Below, one piece after another: positions 25,741 through 37,956 of a DNA stretch of 64,000 nt. The position numbers were made by a program, and so were the translations under genes. Source of the stretch: Paecilomyces variotii (lineage: Eukaryota); the NCBI GenBank assembly GCA_004022145.1, contig RCNU01000017.1; one strand, 5' to 3'. The stretch's first letter is position 1; each line of letters begins with the position of its first letter. The notes beneath the pieces were generated by a model. That model was not told where the DNA came from. It searched no databases and saw nothing but the letters and a program-made list of their open reading frames with translations.

Positions 25741-26829
25741 GTTCTGATAGATCAGCAGGCAACTGCTATTCCCGACTCAAGTCTGAGGAGGCTGTGTCCT
25801 GCTGATATACCATCCATGGGGAGACTTTGCCATAGGTACTATACCGCTGGTCAGAGTTCTCTCGCTGATTATGACCTTGATATTTTTATCGGGTATCGCG
25901 ATCAGGCGACCTCGAAGCGTGTGGTCATTCGCGACTGCAAATTCTGTTGTGTCGCATGGGGTGCGCATATGCGATTTTCTGTTTTGACTGGAGGCGCCGC
26001 GTTTCTGGGTGCCCGTGTACCTTTCTTTCCGGTCGTCTCTTGGACGCCTTGCTTTATATGCATGACTTTGTCGTTTCTATATACCCATCCGCACATTTTA
26101 CCCTTCCTTGTCCACGAAGGAGTTGTATTTGCCGTGTACAGTGTTTACGACGTCATTTATTGGTCATATTTTTCTCCTTCTCTCTTTACATCCAGCTGGC
26201 CCAGGAGGCGAGAATCTGCTTTTTGAAAAAAAGAAAACTCCCTCTTCTAAGAGGTCTCTGAAATCTGCAAAAATGAGCTTGTGGGACCATTGGCGTACTG
26301 GCTATGGTGGCATTCATGTCTTATCGGTAACTAATGAATCGGGCGTTGGTTCTGTGGTCAAGAGGTTCTTGGAGTTGTTGGAACCGCGGTGGCTCGTCTG
26401 TCATTTACGGAGATATTTTTTTTTCCGAGTCGATGATATCCACGGCCCTTGGGTTTGATCATGATACGTGCTAGCAATCTATTTGAATCATCGAAATCCC
26501 ACCTCTGTTAGTGTTTCTGGTTGTAGAGGTGGCGCAAGTCATTGCTTATCATCCTGGGATCCCATCAATCTGGGATTGCTCCATAAAACCATGGACCCTT
26601 ACTTAAGCTGTTTGGGGACGAAATATAATAGGTTACGACCGGGTTCAAGCCGTCTAAATTGCTTTTTCCGTACCCAACAGGTTGGTTGTTGAGCAGGCCA
26701 TCACAATAATAATATAATATATGATAATCATTGAGCGCTAGCGAAATGTTTACAATATACTGGGTTCAAAAGTTTTCTGTTTTTTCTCCACTTTTTTCTA
26801 ACCTCTCTGATTGGTCTATTCAAAAACGA

Positions 26830-27304
26830 CCGCATGTGACTTTGAATTGCTGGGTGTTACCGCCTTCTTATTTGGGTAATTAAAATAACTCCTCCTAACC
26901 TCCTATACAGGTTTGCGTCTGTTTTAATTAATTTACACCCTTTACAGTCCTTACCCCCTGCTTTCTTTTGCCTATTAAAGCTCGCTTTTAGAGCATTTTA
27001 TTCTATTTAAATACTGGCTTCTTATTGGTCTGTCTGAAATATCGACTATATCAGTTAAATCCCTCCTACCTATCCCCCTTCTGCCTATTCTGCCTATAGG
27101 CTTTAGCTTCTTATACTATCTAGCAATTATTAACCCATTAGATAGTTCTTTATAATATAATTATCATCCACAGTCGTTATTACACTAAAGAAACCTGATA
27201 AATTACCTGATTAAGCAATCAACCTATCTGCCAGGCTTTGCCAGCGCGCCAGCGCGTCAGCGCCAGCAGCCAGCTTAGTCAGAACAGCCAGCTTGGTCAC
27301 TACG
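26830..27304. mobile_element. Probable degenerate DNA-transposon end (Fot1/pogo-like terminal repeat) with TpA-rich flank
   Basis: The right end carries a 15-nt direct repeat CAGCCAGCTT[A/G]GTCA (27267-27281, 27285-27299) followed by CTACG, which reads CGTAGTGACCAAGCTGGCTG on the minus strand. The adjacent 26860-27220 is AT- and TpA-rich. No second TIR or transposase found. Confidence 0.4.
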
Positions 27305-28021
27305 CTCAATGATTATTTGCTACGGCCCCTCCTAGCCGTAGCGCACCTAGTACTAAGGTCAGACGAACCTCGGCTTGTTGACCGGACCTTGAGAGAATGC
27401 GGGGTTGGCGGTTCGGCCGAGTTCCCGACCGGATCCAAGCTCGATATGTAATTGATAACCTTGAATTGCTTACCCGACTTCAACATGCTATATCAGATTA
27501 AAATCATCTCATCCGCTTCTTGTCAGGCAGTGTTCACCGGTGGAGTACCTGAACAAGGGACTAATAATCTCCCGGTAGCGATATTAAGCAGCTTACGGGA
27601 TAGTTAGTTACTATCTACACTGGCTTACATTAGTTAGTCCTTGTTTCGCCGGTGGGTTCCAAAGGTACTTTTGTAAGGAGTACCGACTGGCTGGGGCTTT
27701 CATTCCGGCATCTTGAACCAGTCTCCTTTTATTATAATTATTATTATTATTTCTCGCATAAATACGATTACGTTTTATCTTTGCCAGTGTTATTTAGCCG
27801 GGTTTCATTGTGATCTTTGCGCTTGTTCCGAAAAAGGGCATTACATACAAGGTCCGGCTTGAGCTGTTTTATGCGACAATAACCGAAAGATCGTCCCTAT
27901 CCTTGATATCGCTTAGGGATATTATTATTACCTCTCGGGATTTGCAGACTACGTGTGACGTTGCAGAGCTTGGTACCGCGTTGTTGTGCGGACAATTCTT
28001 GATTGCATTCGATCAGGAACA

Positions 28022-29234
28022 ATGCGTGCGATTCAGGTTAGCCAGTATGTGAGGGTATGTATAATGTCTGGGTTTGGGGTTTTATGATTTCAAGAGTTTT
28101 ATAGTCGTGTTTATGTGTTTCTGCTTTGAGTTGTTTCTCTTTCAACTGTTTAGTATTCCTTGTTCCTGTTGGCCCATTCTTCAAAAACACCATCGACATC
28201 ACATCTAGATAGAATATCTCGCTCACAACCCACAGGGTCCCCTCGACCTCAAAGTCACAGACCTCCCAACTCCCTCTCCGTCTCCAGACAACTACCTCAT
28301 CGAGATCCATTCCGCCGGAACAAACTTCTTCGACCTACTCCAAATCCAAGGCAAATACCAAAACCAACCACCTCTTCCATGGATCTCCGGCGCCGAGTTC
28401 GCAGGCACAGTCCTCGCCACGCCTACAGGAGCCTCAACCCCCAAGTTCAAAGTCGGTGATCGTGTCTTCGGCGCTTCTCAGGGCGCATACGCAACGCACA
28501 TCCTGGCTCCCGAAGTATCCCTCCTCCCCATCCCCAAGGGCTGGAGCTTCGAAGACGCAGCAGGCCTCTTCGTCACTGCGCCCACCTCCTACGGCGGGCT
28601 CGTCCATCGCGCCAACGTCCAGCCCGGAGACTGGGTTCTCGTCCACGCCGCCGCCGGCGGAGTCGGGCTGGCCGCAGTCCAAATCGCAAAAGCCAAAGGC
28701 GCCACGGTCATCGCGACCGCCGGAACAGACCGTAAGCGCGAAATCGCCCGTTCGTTCGGCGCCGACTACGTGATCGACTACAAACAACCTACCTGGCCTG
28801 AGGAAGTCAAGAAACTCTGCTCCGCCCACCGCTCCGGCAACGGTAAAGCGGGCGTGGATATCGTGTACGATCCCGTGGGGATGATCGAGCAGAGTCTCAA
28901 ATGCGTTGCGTGGAACGGCCGTCTACTTGTCATTGGCTTTGCGGCCGGGAAGATCGAGAAAGTCGCGATGAATCGCGTCTTGTTGAAGAATGTGAGTATT
29001 GTAGGCTTGCATTGGGGACAGTATGCGAAGCATGAGAAGGAGACGGTGGACAAGGTCTGGGAGGGGATTTTTGATTTGGTGAAACAGGGCAAGTTTCGAG
29101 GGACGGCGTTTACGGATGAGAGTTTCGTCGGGTTGGAGAGTGTGCCGAGGGCGTTGAAGGCGCTGGGTGGTCGGGAGACGTGGGGGAAGGTGGTTGTTAA
29201 GGTTGTTGATGGTGGAAAGCAGTCGAAATTGTGA
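28022..29234 (+). CDS. Zeta-crystallin-like NADPH:quinone oxidoreductase (MDR superfamily) with PTS1
   Basis: Exon 1 28022-28054 (MRAIQVSQYVR), intron 28055-28235, exon 2 28236-29234. Motifs AGTNFFDLLQIQGKYQNQPPLPWISGAEFAG, VLVHAAAGGVGLAAVQIAKA, GVDIVYDPVG, GRLLVIGFAAG; ends in SKL*. Confidence 0.93.
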
Positions 29235-29485
29235 AGGAATAATCCTCGGTGGATGTTTGGATAGGAGTATGTATATACATACGTGTGTCGTTTTGGGACG
29301 GCCAGGGAGATTCTAGCAGAAAAGGAATGGCCACTATAGACTTGTCTATTACTTACTTCTATCGTGCTGATGGTTGATTGAGATTCTACTAGAGAAATCT
29401 GGAGAAAAAAGAAGGTAGATTGTCTTCTATACTGAATCATATTCCTATTCTATATTGATGTAGGTGCGCAAGGAGTCATGCTCTC

Positions 29486-29760
29486 GTGGAAAGAATCCCC
29501 GAGAGAGATGCAGTGAGCATGAACTATGAAGGCCCTGATGGTAGGCTTGATCTTGCAATCCTTGAGCGAAACAGGCCTCGAACGCAGAGACTGCAGACGA
29601 GGACCCGTCCCAATCCAGCTCCAGTCGACCCAGACACAAGACGTGAAATTGGGCCAACTGTCCTTCCCGAAGAAAGGGTCCGTGAGTTGTCAAACCCTCT
29701 TTTTATCCAGAAACTGGATATTGGAAGATGGCAGGGACAGCTGGATTGGGGGATTGCGTG
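29486..29760 (+). pseudogene. Isolated fragment of a fungal hypothetical-protein gene
   Basis: Frame reads DAVSMNYEGPDGRLDLAILERNRPRTQRLQTRTRPNPAPVDPDTRREIGPTVLPEERVRELSNPLFIQKLDIGRWQGQLDW. It looks protein-like and recalls the C-terminus of a conserved fungal hypothetical family (memory only). Only about 250 nt separate it from the upstream stop, leaving no room for the rest of a gene. Confidence 0.35.
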
Positions 29761-30479
29761 TGTGTGGAGTTTCGAACTCTGTTTCTCCTGTGGAAGAGCG
29801 ATCTTCTTTAGTTCTGGGTGCGACATGTCCTGGGTTCATCACAAGTAGAGATACACTGCATATTGTAGCACCTAGTTGTGAGTTGTGAGAATGGCTTGCA
29901 TGTTACCTGCTCCAGTTCGTATGCGATCCGGGTCGGATCTCTGAAGACGCTTCTCTGAAGATGATTAGTTGTCAGTTGTTGTATGTATATTTGCTCTAGT
30001 TCCATGGAAATTCATCATTGCATATAGAACGGATGTGGTGCGTCGCATGCCTGGCCCGTAGACTCTAGCATGCTGTTTGAAGGACGTGGATGTTTTCAAT
30101 TCTCGACCTGAAAGAGAAAAAGTTGAAGAAACGAAGAAAATAATGGCAGAAGCTAGGCTGTTTCGGTCACTGACAAATCACGGGTTGTCGCTCTTTACCG
30201 CCCTGGGCAGAATCCCGATAAGGAAGTCAACTTCCCCTCCTCACTTATTCTAATAGTTAATATTATTATTATTGACGGTCGATTCAAGAGCAAGCCTAGA
30301 ATTTCCGATTCTGAGTTCGAATTGCAGCGATCAGAGAAATAGCATTTGTAGGATGGTGGTTGATGTTATCGGGGCTGATTTGCGCGATATTTATGCTATC
30401 TGGGAAATACACGTATGGATCAGTCCGGCAACGCTCTAAACGAAGGTTCAATGAAAGCCATACTCTATTCTACTCACAG

Positions 30480-30745
30480 AACCATGGAGAAAGTCAATAC
30501 TTATAAAGTAACGACCTATCCAGGGTTCAGAAGTGGTCTAACTCGTGATTCACTTCGGAACGAAAATAACGAGCGAATCGTTAAGTCTGAGAAGTATGGC
30601 AACTTTGGTCTGCCCAGTCAGGTTCTTCTGGATACGCATGCTGTAATCGGTAGGTTATTATGGTACATGCATCTTGGAAGGCAGAAGATACCGATAATAT
30701 CTATCGAGAACGGCAACAGATTCGGTGCTTTGGAGGTTTATTTGC
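30480..30745 (+). pseudogene. Frameshifted relic of the C-terminal part of a fungal HNH-endonuclease-domain protein
   Basis: EKVNTYKVTTY...FGLPSQVLLDTHAVIGRLL, then a frameshift near 30660 to VHASWKAEDTDNIYRERQQIRCF. This matches the LP-x-P-x-LL-x-x-H-A-x-I-x-x-I-LHASG-x-x-E-x-I-D pattern I recall following the HNH_2 core. No HNH core seen upstream. Confidence 0.5.
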
Positions 30746-31115
30746 TTGTATGACAGGAACTATTCTGGATAGAGAGGGAACTCTCAGTGCAACAGACAGT
30801 TACTTGCAATCAGACCCATCTTTATTGAGAACTCCAATTATTGACCAGTCTTCAATGTTCCACGAATATCTATGATAGACAGGATGATAGCGTCCTGCAA
30901 TGAAGATCATACGATGAATGCGCTCGCCCAGTTTCCTGTTGTTTTACGTCATTCCGTCATGACGTTGGATCCCTCAATATTATTATTCGGCCGACTGCGC
31001 ATCGAGTGGCTTCCTCTAAAACCAGAATATATTGGGCATTATTGTCGAAGGATTGATCTGGGATCTTTCTTGTCGACGAAGCATGAGAGCCGTTGTTTTT
31101 GTTTCCCTGTAAATA

Positions 31116-33425
31116 ATGCGTCTCGCGGCACTTGTACGGCCTTGCGCAGTCAGATTAGCAGATCGCCAATCACACATCTTCATCCCACCACGGAGCAATC
31201 TGGGCATTAAGCACCGTATTATTCGCACTGTCGCCTCAATGTCTAAAGAAGCCAAGGCATCGAAATTCAGTCACCTCCCCCGCGCTTCGACGGGGCCGCT
31301 TGAGTGTTCCCTAGAGGTGAGTGATCGCATACTCGTAACAGAAATGCAACCTAACCCAGGATCAGGGTGAGGAGCTCTTGCATAATTCTCATTTTAATAA
31401 AGGGTCTGCGTTTCCACCGGAGGAACGCAAAGAATTCAAACTACATGGCCTTCTGCCGCCTAACGTGCAGACGCTCGATGAGCAGGTTGAAAGAGCGTAC
31501 CAGCAGTATTGCAGTCGTCCGGATGACTTGGCGAAGAACACTTTTATGGCTGGCATGAAGATCCAGAGTGAAGTGCTGTATTACAAGGTTGGCTCTCTCT
31601 GTCTCCGTTTTCCTGGTGGATCTTCGCGTCCGCTGCTTTCTGGTTGTGATCAGGACCGCAAGCTAACGTTGGTCGGTGTAGCTCATACAATCTCATCTCA
31701 AGGAGATGTTCAGTGTAATCTATACGCCGACAGAAGGTGAAGCCATTCAGAACTTCTCCCGGATATTTAGACGGCCGGAAGGCTGCTACTTGAATATCCG
31801 CGACCAGGATCGGGTAGACGAGATCCTATCTCGTTTCCAGGGAGATATCGACTACATCGTCGTCAGTGATGGGGAAGAGGTAATGCTCCTCTCTTATACA
31901 CAAGCCATGACTATCTGGAATTGCATCTAACGATTTTGATCCTAGATCCTGGGAATTGGTGATCAAGGAGTGGGCGCGATTCTGATCTCAATTGCCAAGC
32001 TTGTCCTTACTACACTTTGTGCGGGCATCCACCCATCCAGACAGCTCCCCGTAGTCCTGGACTGTGGTACAGATGTAAGTAGACGATCGATGCTCGCTTT
32101 CTGAGCTCATGCTGATATCTCACCAAGAATGAGGAGCTGCTTAATGATGGATTGTACCTGGGTCTGCGGCAACAACGAGTCCGGGGCAAAGAATACGATC
32201 AGTTCGTCGACACATTCGTAGAATCTGCGAGGAAGAGATTTCCAAATGCCTATATTCACTTGTAAGCTTTACCACGTTTGGTTTTGTATATGTTGCGAGG
32301 GCTGATAGAAGAACAGCGAGGATTTTGGTCTGCACAATGCTCGGAGACTGCTGGATAAATATCGCCCGCATATATCGTGTTTCAACGATGACATCCAAGG
32401 AACCGGGTGTGTCACCTTGGCCGCTGTCATGGCAGGCCTGCATGTCAGCAAGGTCGACCTGAAGGACGTGCGAGTAGTGGTGTTCGGCTCTGGGTCTGCA
32501 GGGACTGGAGTCGCGGAGCAAATTGCAGATGCCATCGCCACGGAAAGCGAGAAATCAAAAGAGGAAGCATCTAAACAGATATGGTTTGCAGTCCCATGCA
32601 ATCTGTCCTAAAATCGAGGTGGTCCGCTAACCGGCCATTGCAGGTGTCTGGATAAGCCAGGATTGCTTCTCAAGTCTCACGGAGACAAATTGACTCCAGC
32701 ACAAGTCCCCTTTGCGAGGGACGACTCCGAATGGCCGGATAAGGAGAATCTTGATCTCTTGTCGGTTGTCAAAACTGTCAAGCCCCATGTCCTGATCGGA
32801 ACATCAACCAAACCAGGCGCGTTTACGGAGGAGGTCATCAGAGAGATGGCCAAACACGTCGAGCGTCCTATTGTGTTCCCATTGAGTAATCCAACGCGAC
32901 TGCACGAGGCTCAACCCAAGGATATCAATGACTGGACAGAAGGACGGGCCCTCATAGCCACGGGCAGCCCATTTCCTCCTGTGGAATACAATGGGACTAA
33001 ATACGAAGTCGGTAAGTGGCTCCCGCACAGAAGAGGGTTCGGTGGACCTGGGTCGATCGCAGTCGCTGATACATTTCCATTTTCCAGCGGAGTGTAACAA
33101 CTCCACTTGTTTCCCGGGCATTGGGTTGGGCGTCGTCCTTTCTCGAGCACGTCTCCTGTCAGACAAGATGCTCGTGGCAGCTATCAAGGCATTGGCTGCT
33201 CAATCTCCGGCCCTTAGAGACCCCAACCAGCCCCTGCTACCTGACATTGTACATGTGAGAGAAATTAGCGTCCAGATTGCCAAGGCTGTCATCCAGTGTG
33301 CAGTGGCAGAGGGGTTAGCGCAGGAAAAAGACATCCCACAGGATGAGGCTGATCTGGAAGAGTGGATTCGGGTCCAGATGTGGGAACCCAAGTATCGGCC
33401 ATTGGTACGACCGAGGAACAATTGA
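31116..33425 (+). CDS. MAE1: Malic enzyme (malate dehydrogenase, decarboxylating), with predicted mitochondrial presequence
   Basis: Eight exons and seven GT-AG introns (first intron 31317-31365). Motifs [99 protein letters not shown]. Second in-frame ATG at 31239. Confidence 0.95.
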
Positions 33426-34356
33426 GGCTGCTGCCCTCGATCCGTGGATAACTACCAGGGCTGCTCGTGATAATGCACCATCTATGGTGTCTGTATATGA
33501 CACATAATTGCGCATTGACTGTAGTATACTCTGAGCATGCTGATATACCCTAGCCAATACAAGTAACCACAGGCTTCGGCCTCAGATGATTTTTTTGTGA
33601 GAAAGTTAATCGAACATTCCACACAGGAGCCCTCACCTCCACAAGTTATTACAGATCCAAAACGTGTCGAACCCCGCCTGTGGCTGATGCCCTTTCTCCG
33701 ACAAGATCGAGATTCTCTTGTTGCTGTCTGCCCTGTAGATATTCTTTGCTTGTGTCTGGACTCTGGAGAGTCTAATTAGACATTCTAGTATCTATAATGC
33801 TTACTCCGTAGTTAATGCCTTAATACAATTGTTTAAAAGCCTCGAAGAGAGCTCTCCAGGCGTTGCTGATTGAGTCGCCTGCTGTACCATATGGTAAGTA
33901 AGCCGCATCACACCGCCACAGTTGATGTGGCGGTGAAATGTGAGCAAGGCAGATTCTGGCTGCAGCTCAGGAGATCTGCTCTACTAACTAGCCATGGCAC
34001 GACCTATCGTCGCCATGGATCTCTCTGAAAGCATCCAATTCCTCATGGGATCGGTCACAACCTTATTGAGGGTTTGAAGATCTCTCCTTGCTCAGTCTTC
34101 CACCATCGACGGAAGGTTACATATATATATTGCGACGACCACCATCATACCCCCGCGCGTTGATCTCATCCTCAATACTTCAGGTCGCCACGGCCGCTAG
34201 GCTCTACTGATTCGAGTAGGATCGCTGACTTGCAAGAGGCCCTGGCTGTTTTACGTCTTCAGTCCAAACACCCTGAATGCTTTCATTGTTCGATCCTCAC
34301 CTACGACTGGCTTCCACCTAGTAACCTTGCGACATCCGCAAAAGACATCCGTCATC

Positions 34357-35223
34357 ATGAAAATCACACTATTCAGCACCCTGCTACTGTTGCTCCCCTC
34401 CTACGTCACACCTCTTTCGCTTCCGCGGTTAGATCTCGCCTTGCGCGATGTGCATCTAGCATCGACGCCGCCCGCTGAGCTCTATGAGGCCCCGGACCTT
34501 GAAAAGCGCAAAGGCGGCGGAGGAGGAAAAGGAGGAGGATCAAGCGGTGGTTCTAGTGGAGGATCTGGCGGTAAAACTGGCGGTAGCAGCAGCAGCAGCA
34601 GCCCGAAAGGGTCCTCGGGGTCGTCACGGTCCAGGTAATAATTGATCTTGAGTCTCTTCTCCGCGTCATGAAGTTGATATATTTCTTACAGCAACGTTGG
34701 AGGCACCTCAGCTCGTGGCTCAGGAGCCGCACGTAGCTACGGCGGTGGCGCCTACTATGCTGGCGGAGCCAGGACCCCATACACTGCAGGAAGACGCTCC
34801 CCGTCCGGTCTGTCACCTGTTTTGCTTCCTGTCGCAGCTGTAGCCTTTTTCCCTGCGCTCTGGTTATCCGGCGTCTACGGCTATCCCTACGTCCATCCCT
34901 ATCTCTACTTCAATCCTCATACGCACCGGAATGAGTCGATGCCGGTTGAATGCCTCTGCCAGCAATACTCCGAGTGCGGATGCGATGACAACAACAACAG
35001 CACGTTTCTTCACTCGGTCCTGAATGGGACCGTGCCTCAGAATAACAGTGTTGTCCGGCTGGCGACAGTCAACGACACGGAGAAGATCTTTATCAATGGC
35101 ACATTGCCCAATGGAACGACTGCGGCTTCCGGTTCCTCAGCCGCTTCAACGGCTCGCATCGAGGAATTGAGTGGGTACTGGGTGATGGTTGCTGCTGTCA
35201 CAGGCATGATTTATATGCTCTGA
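34357..35223 (+). CDS. Secreted/membrane-anchored glycine-rich protein with a Cys cluster
   Basis: Exon 1 34357-34634, intron 34635-34691, exon 2 34692-35223. Signal peptide MKITLFSTLLLLLPSYVTP, Kex2-type LEKR, Gly/Ser tract, YYAGGARTPYTAGRRSP, CLCQQYSECGCDD, several N-x-S/T sequons and a hydrophobic C-terminus. Confidence 0.85.
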
Positions 35224-37956
35224 TGGCTGCAAATATGGAAGCTCAGGGTCGCCTGATCCTGCAGGTTCAGATTAACGGCTGTTTCTGGGCCTCCCGACAT
35301 GTTGCTTTCACTGTATATATTTGGATACTCGGGAGCTTGCTCTCTTGCTTTTTTTTGGTGGATGCCTCTCACGACTGGCGCTTTGGAGGTCATAGTCCCC
35401 TTTAATTTTGCTGGTGGCTCTTTGGCGATTCTCAACACTTGATACCATTGATGTTCGTTGCGGAGGGTCTATACGAAACAATTATGACACATGAATATAA
35501 ACCCGTTGGCGGATATCCGTTGCTCCTTATTATAAGTGTTTGTTAACTGCATGTCCTTAGCTTATGAGATCAAATCGTGCGAATCTCATCTCTGATTGGT
35601 CCTATTTCTTTTTTGGCGCAAGAGGCAGCACTGACAACCTTTGGAAAGATAGAACGACCACAGAGTACTCCGTACTCCGTATTGTTCTGGAAACAGACCA
35701 TTGCAAAGAGCTTTACTGGCTACTCGTGATGGCCTGATCTGACACAAGTTTCACATCATCTGAGGCTGCTTACGGATCGCGTCTCTGCGTCTCTCTAGTC
35801 CAATGTTTTGGATCTAGCCAACACGGAGTAACAACACCTGGCTAGATTTGTTGATCTCGGCATCTCATTACTAGCTGATATTATCGGAGCGGCATCAATG
35901 ATCAAGGTCTATCTGGCAAGTCCTATCACTCGATTCTAGAATCCAAAACTAATGGGACTAAGCCTAGGACCGGCAGTGCTAAGCGATCGCTTGAAAGCTT
36001 TGGGCAGCTACTTATCCGAGTGAACCGTCGACGAGCACGGGATGTTTCGCCTTGCTCAAACCATCAATCTTCGCTTGTTTCGGTTATTATTGAGAATAGG
36101 GATCAAAGCGTGTGCTGGACACCGACATTTTGCGGTCTCCTCTCAATTGAACTGTGCTCTCGAACTATGTACACCGTCCAGCTCTGCGATATTCGAGAAT
36201 TGGTGACCACCTTCCAACGGACATCGTAACCCAAAGGGTATTCACATGGATCGGATGTCCTTCTACTAGTTTACCACGATCTAATCAGGATCAAAGTGGA
36301 CCTTCAATTCGCACCGGAGATGAAGTCTCCCCATTTTTTTTTTTTTTTTTCCAACTACGGAGCGACGATCGGATACTTTCTTAATTACCCTCACCGCTAG
36401 GCCCAACTCTCAAAAGGTGCCTTGCGCGCACCCTGACTATCTATGCTTCAACATCGGCCAGTGGAATTGTGCCGTCGAAGCTCGGAGTCCTCCGTATTAT
36501 CACCCCCGTGAACTTTGAAGTGACCGCGCGGCCCACTCCTTTCCCGCGTTTTTAATCATAATGAGTTTATGCCGTTGGGAGTCTATCAAAGCTAATTCAC
36601 ACCTCTTGAGGCTCTTTACTTCCCTCTTTGGGATGAGAGATGCTGCTGCTCGGATCTCAGTCGGTACCTGCCGGGATAATCAAACCCTAACGGTGATTTG
36701 TCTCTTGCTCGCAGTGGTCGGTTCGACCCGAATTCCTCGCATTCGTTCCTGATCGTCGTCCCTTTTCGATGACTTTCTACGACAGCGCCTAATCGTCTCG
36801 CAGAGTAGATAGCGAGAGGATGGATTTAGAGGACACCTTCCGGAGTAGACGAGCGCGGCATGCAGAGCATGTCTTTGGAGGGGTTTTGGATGATCTCCAG
36901 GTCTGGACTCGGCGTTCGTTCTTGCTGCACTGATGTGCCTTGCTATTATCTTTGCGCATCGCTGGTCTGTGATGAGACACGATGATCGCGATCCTTGATT
37001 GACACCGGTGCCCATCCATTATTGCTGACCATCTTCGTCCGACTTATCTATTCTGCCTAGGTTGCGGGTCCAGCATGAGACTACTTGCGTTGACACTTGG
37101 GATCAGTGCTCACTGCTAATATTCGTCTCTGCTGGTTTGTATTGCTCTCTGTTCGCGAGCCCCCCTTTTTATTTACTCTGACCGGGGTACGCACGCGCGC
37201 CGCGCCGGTCACTAAACAAGCGTCACTTTTAGCCAGGTACCGATCTTCCCCCTTTTGAGCCCAGGTGGTATTTGATGCTAACTTTTATGGTAGAATTAAC
37301 CGGCCATGTTCCAATGATCATCCTCGCCAAGATAAACTTACTGGCATCGTTCATCATGGCACCGACAAGAAAGTTCACGGCGTTGGAATCTCCCCAGTTA
37401 CCTTGTCGCGACCAGTTCGCCGGTCGAACCTTCTGATTCGTCACCCTTGCTTGATAGGAAGATGAAGCGCGAGATCAAGATGGCAATTGGGATACTGCGC
37501 GAGTTGTAGCTTGGCTGGGGTTCCCCGGCGCTTCAACCCCTGGCGCCGCCGGTATTTCCCTTCAACGTTCCCCCCTCCCTCCCTCTCTTCTCCCCCCTTT
37601 CCTATGCTTCGTTTGAGCACCGTTGTTTCTTCTTGGTTCTTGAGACTGTGATCTCAATTCCATCGTCACTCGTTTACTATTTTCCAAGCTTCCAGCTTGT
37701 GTCACTCTTTTACTTTAGCAATTCTGCCTAAACAACGTCACTCATTCGATCGCTCATTCAATTCAATCGAAACACTCGAGGTCAATATATACAAACAATC
37801 GCATATCGTCGCATCATTCACCTGAACGGGTATCAATTTTCTTAATCAAACGATCACGTTCTCCGGCCGTTGGAAAGCATCACCGAGAAAACTATATATC
37901 AACGCGCAAAACAAACCAGTCACCAACAAGACATCAAATCTCGCGACCTACCCAAG

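Noticed and set aside
36683..36691. AACCCTAAC, 1.5 telomeric repeats in a 2.7-kb intergenic gap, as a possible telomerase RNA template
   Set aside because: A 9-nt permutation of the repeat is expected a few times by chance in 64 kb. It sits in a hairpin loop, and I could not identify the pseudoknot, CR4/5 or a 3' processing site before the next gene.
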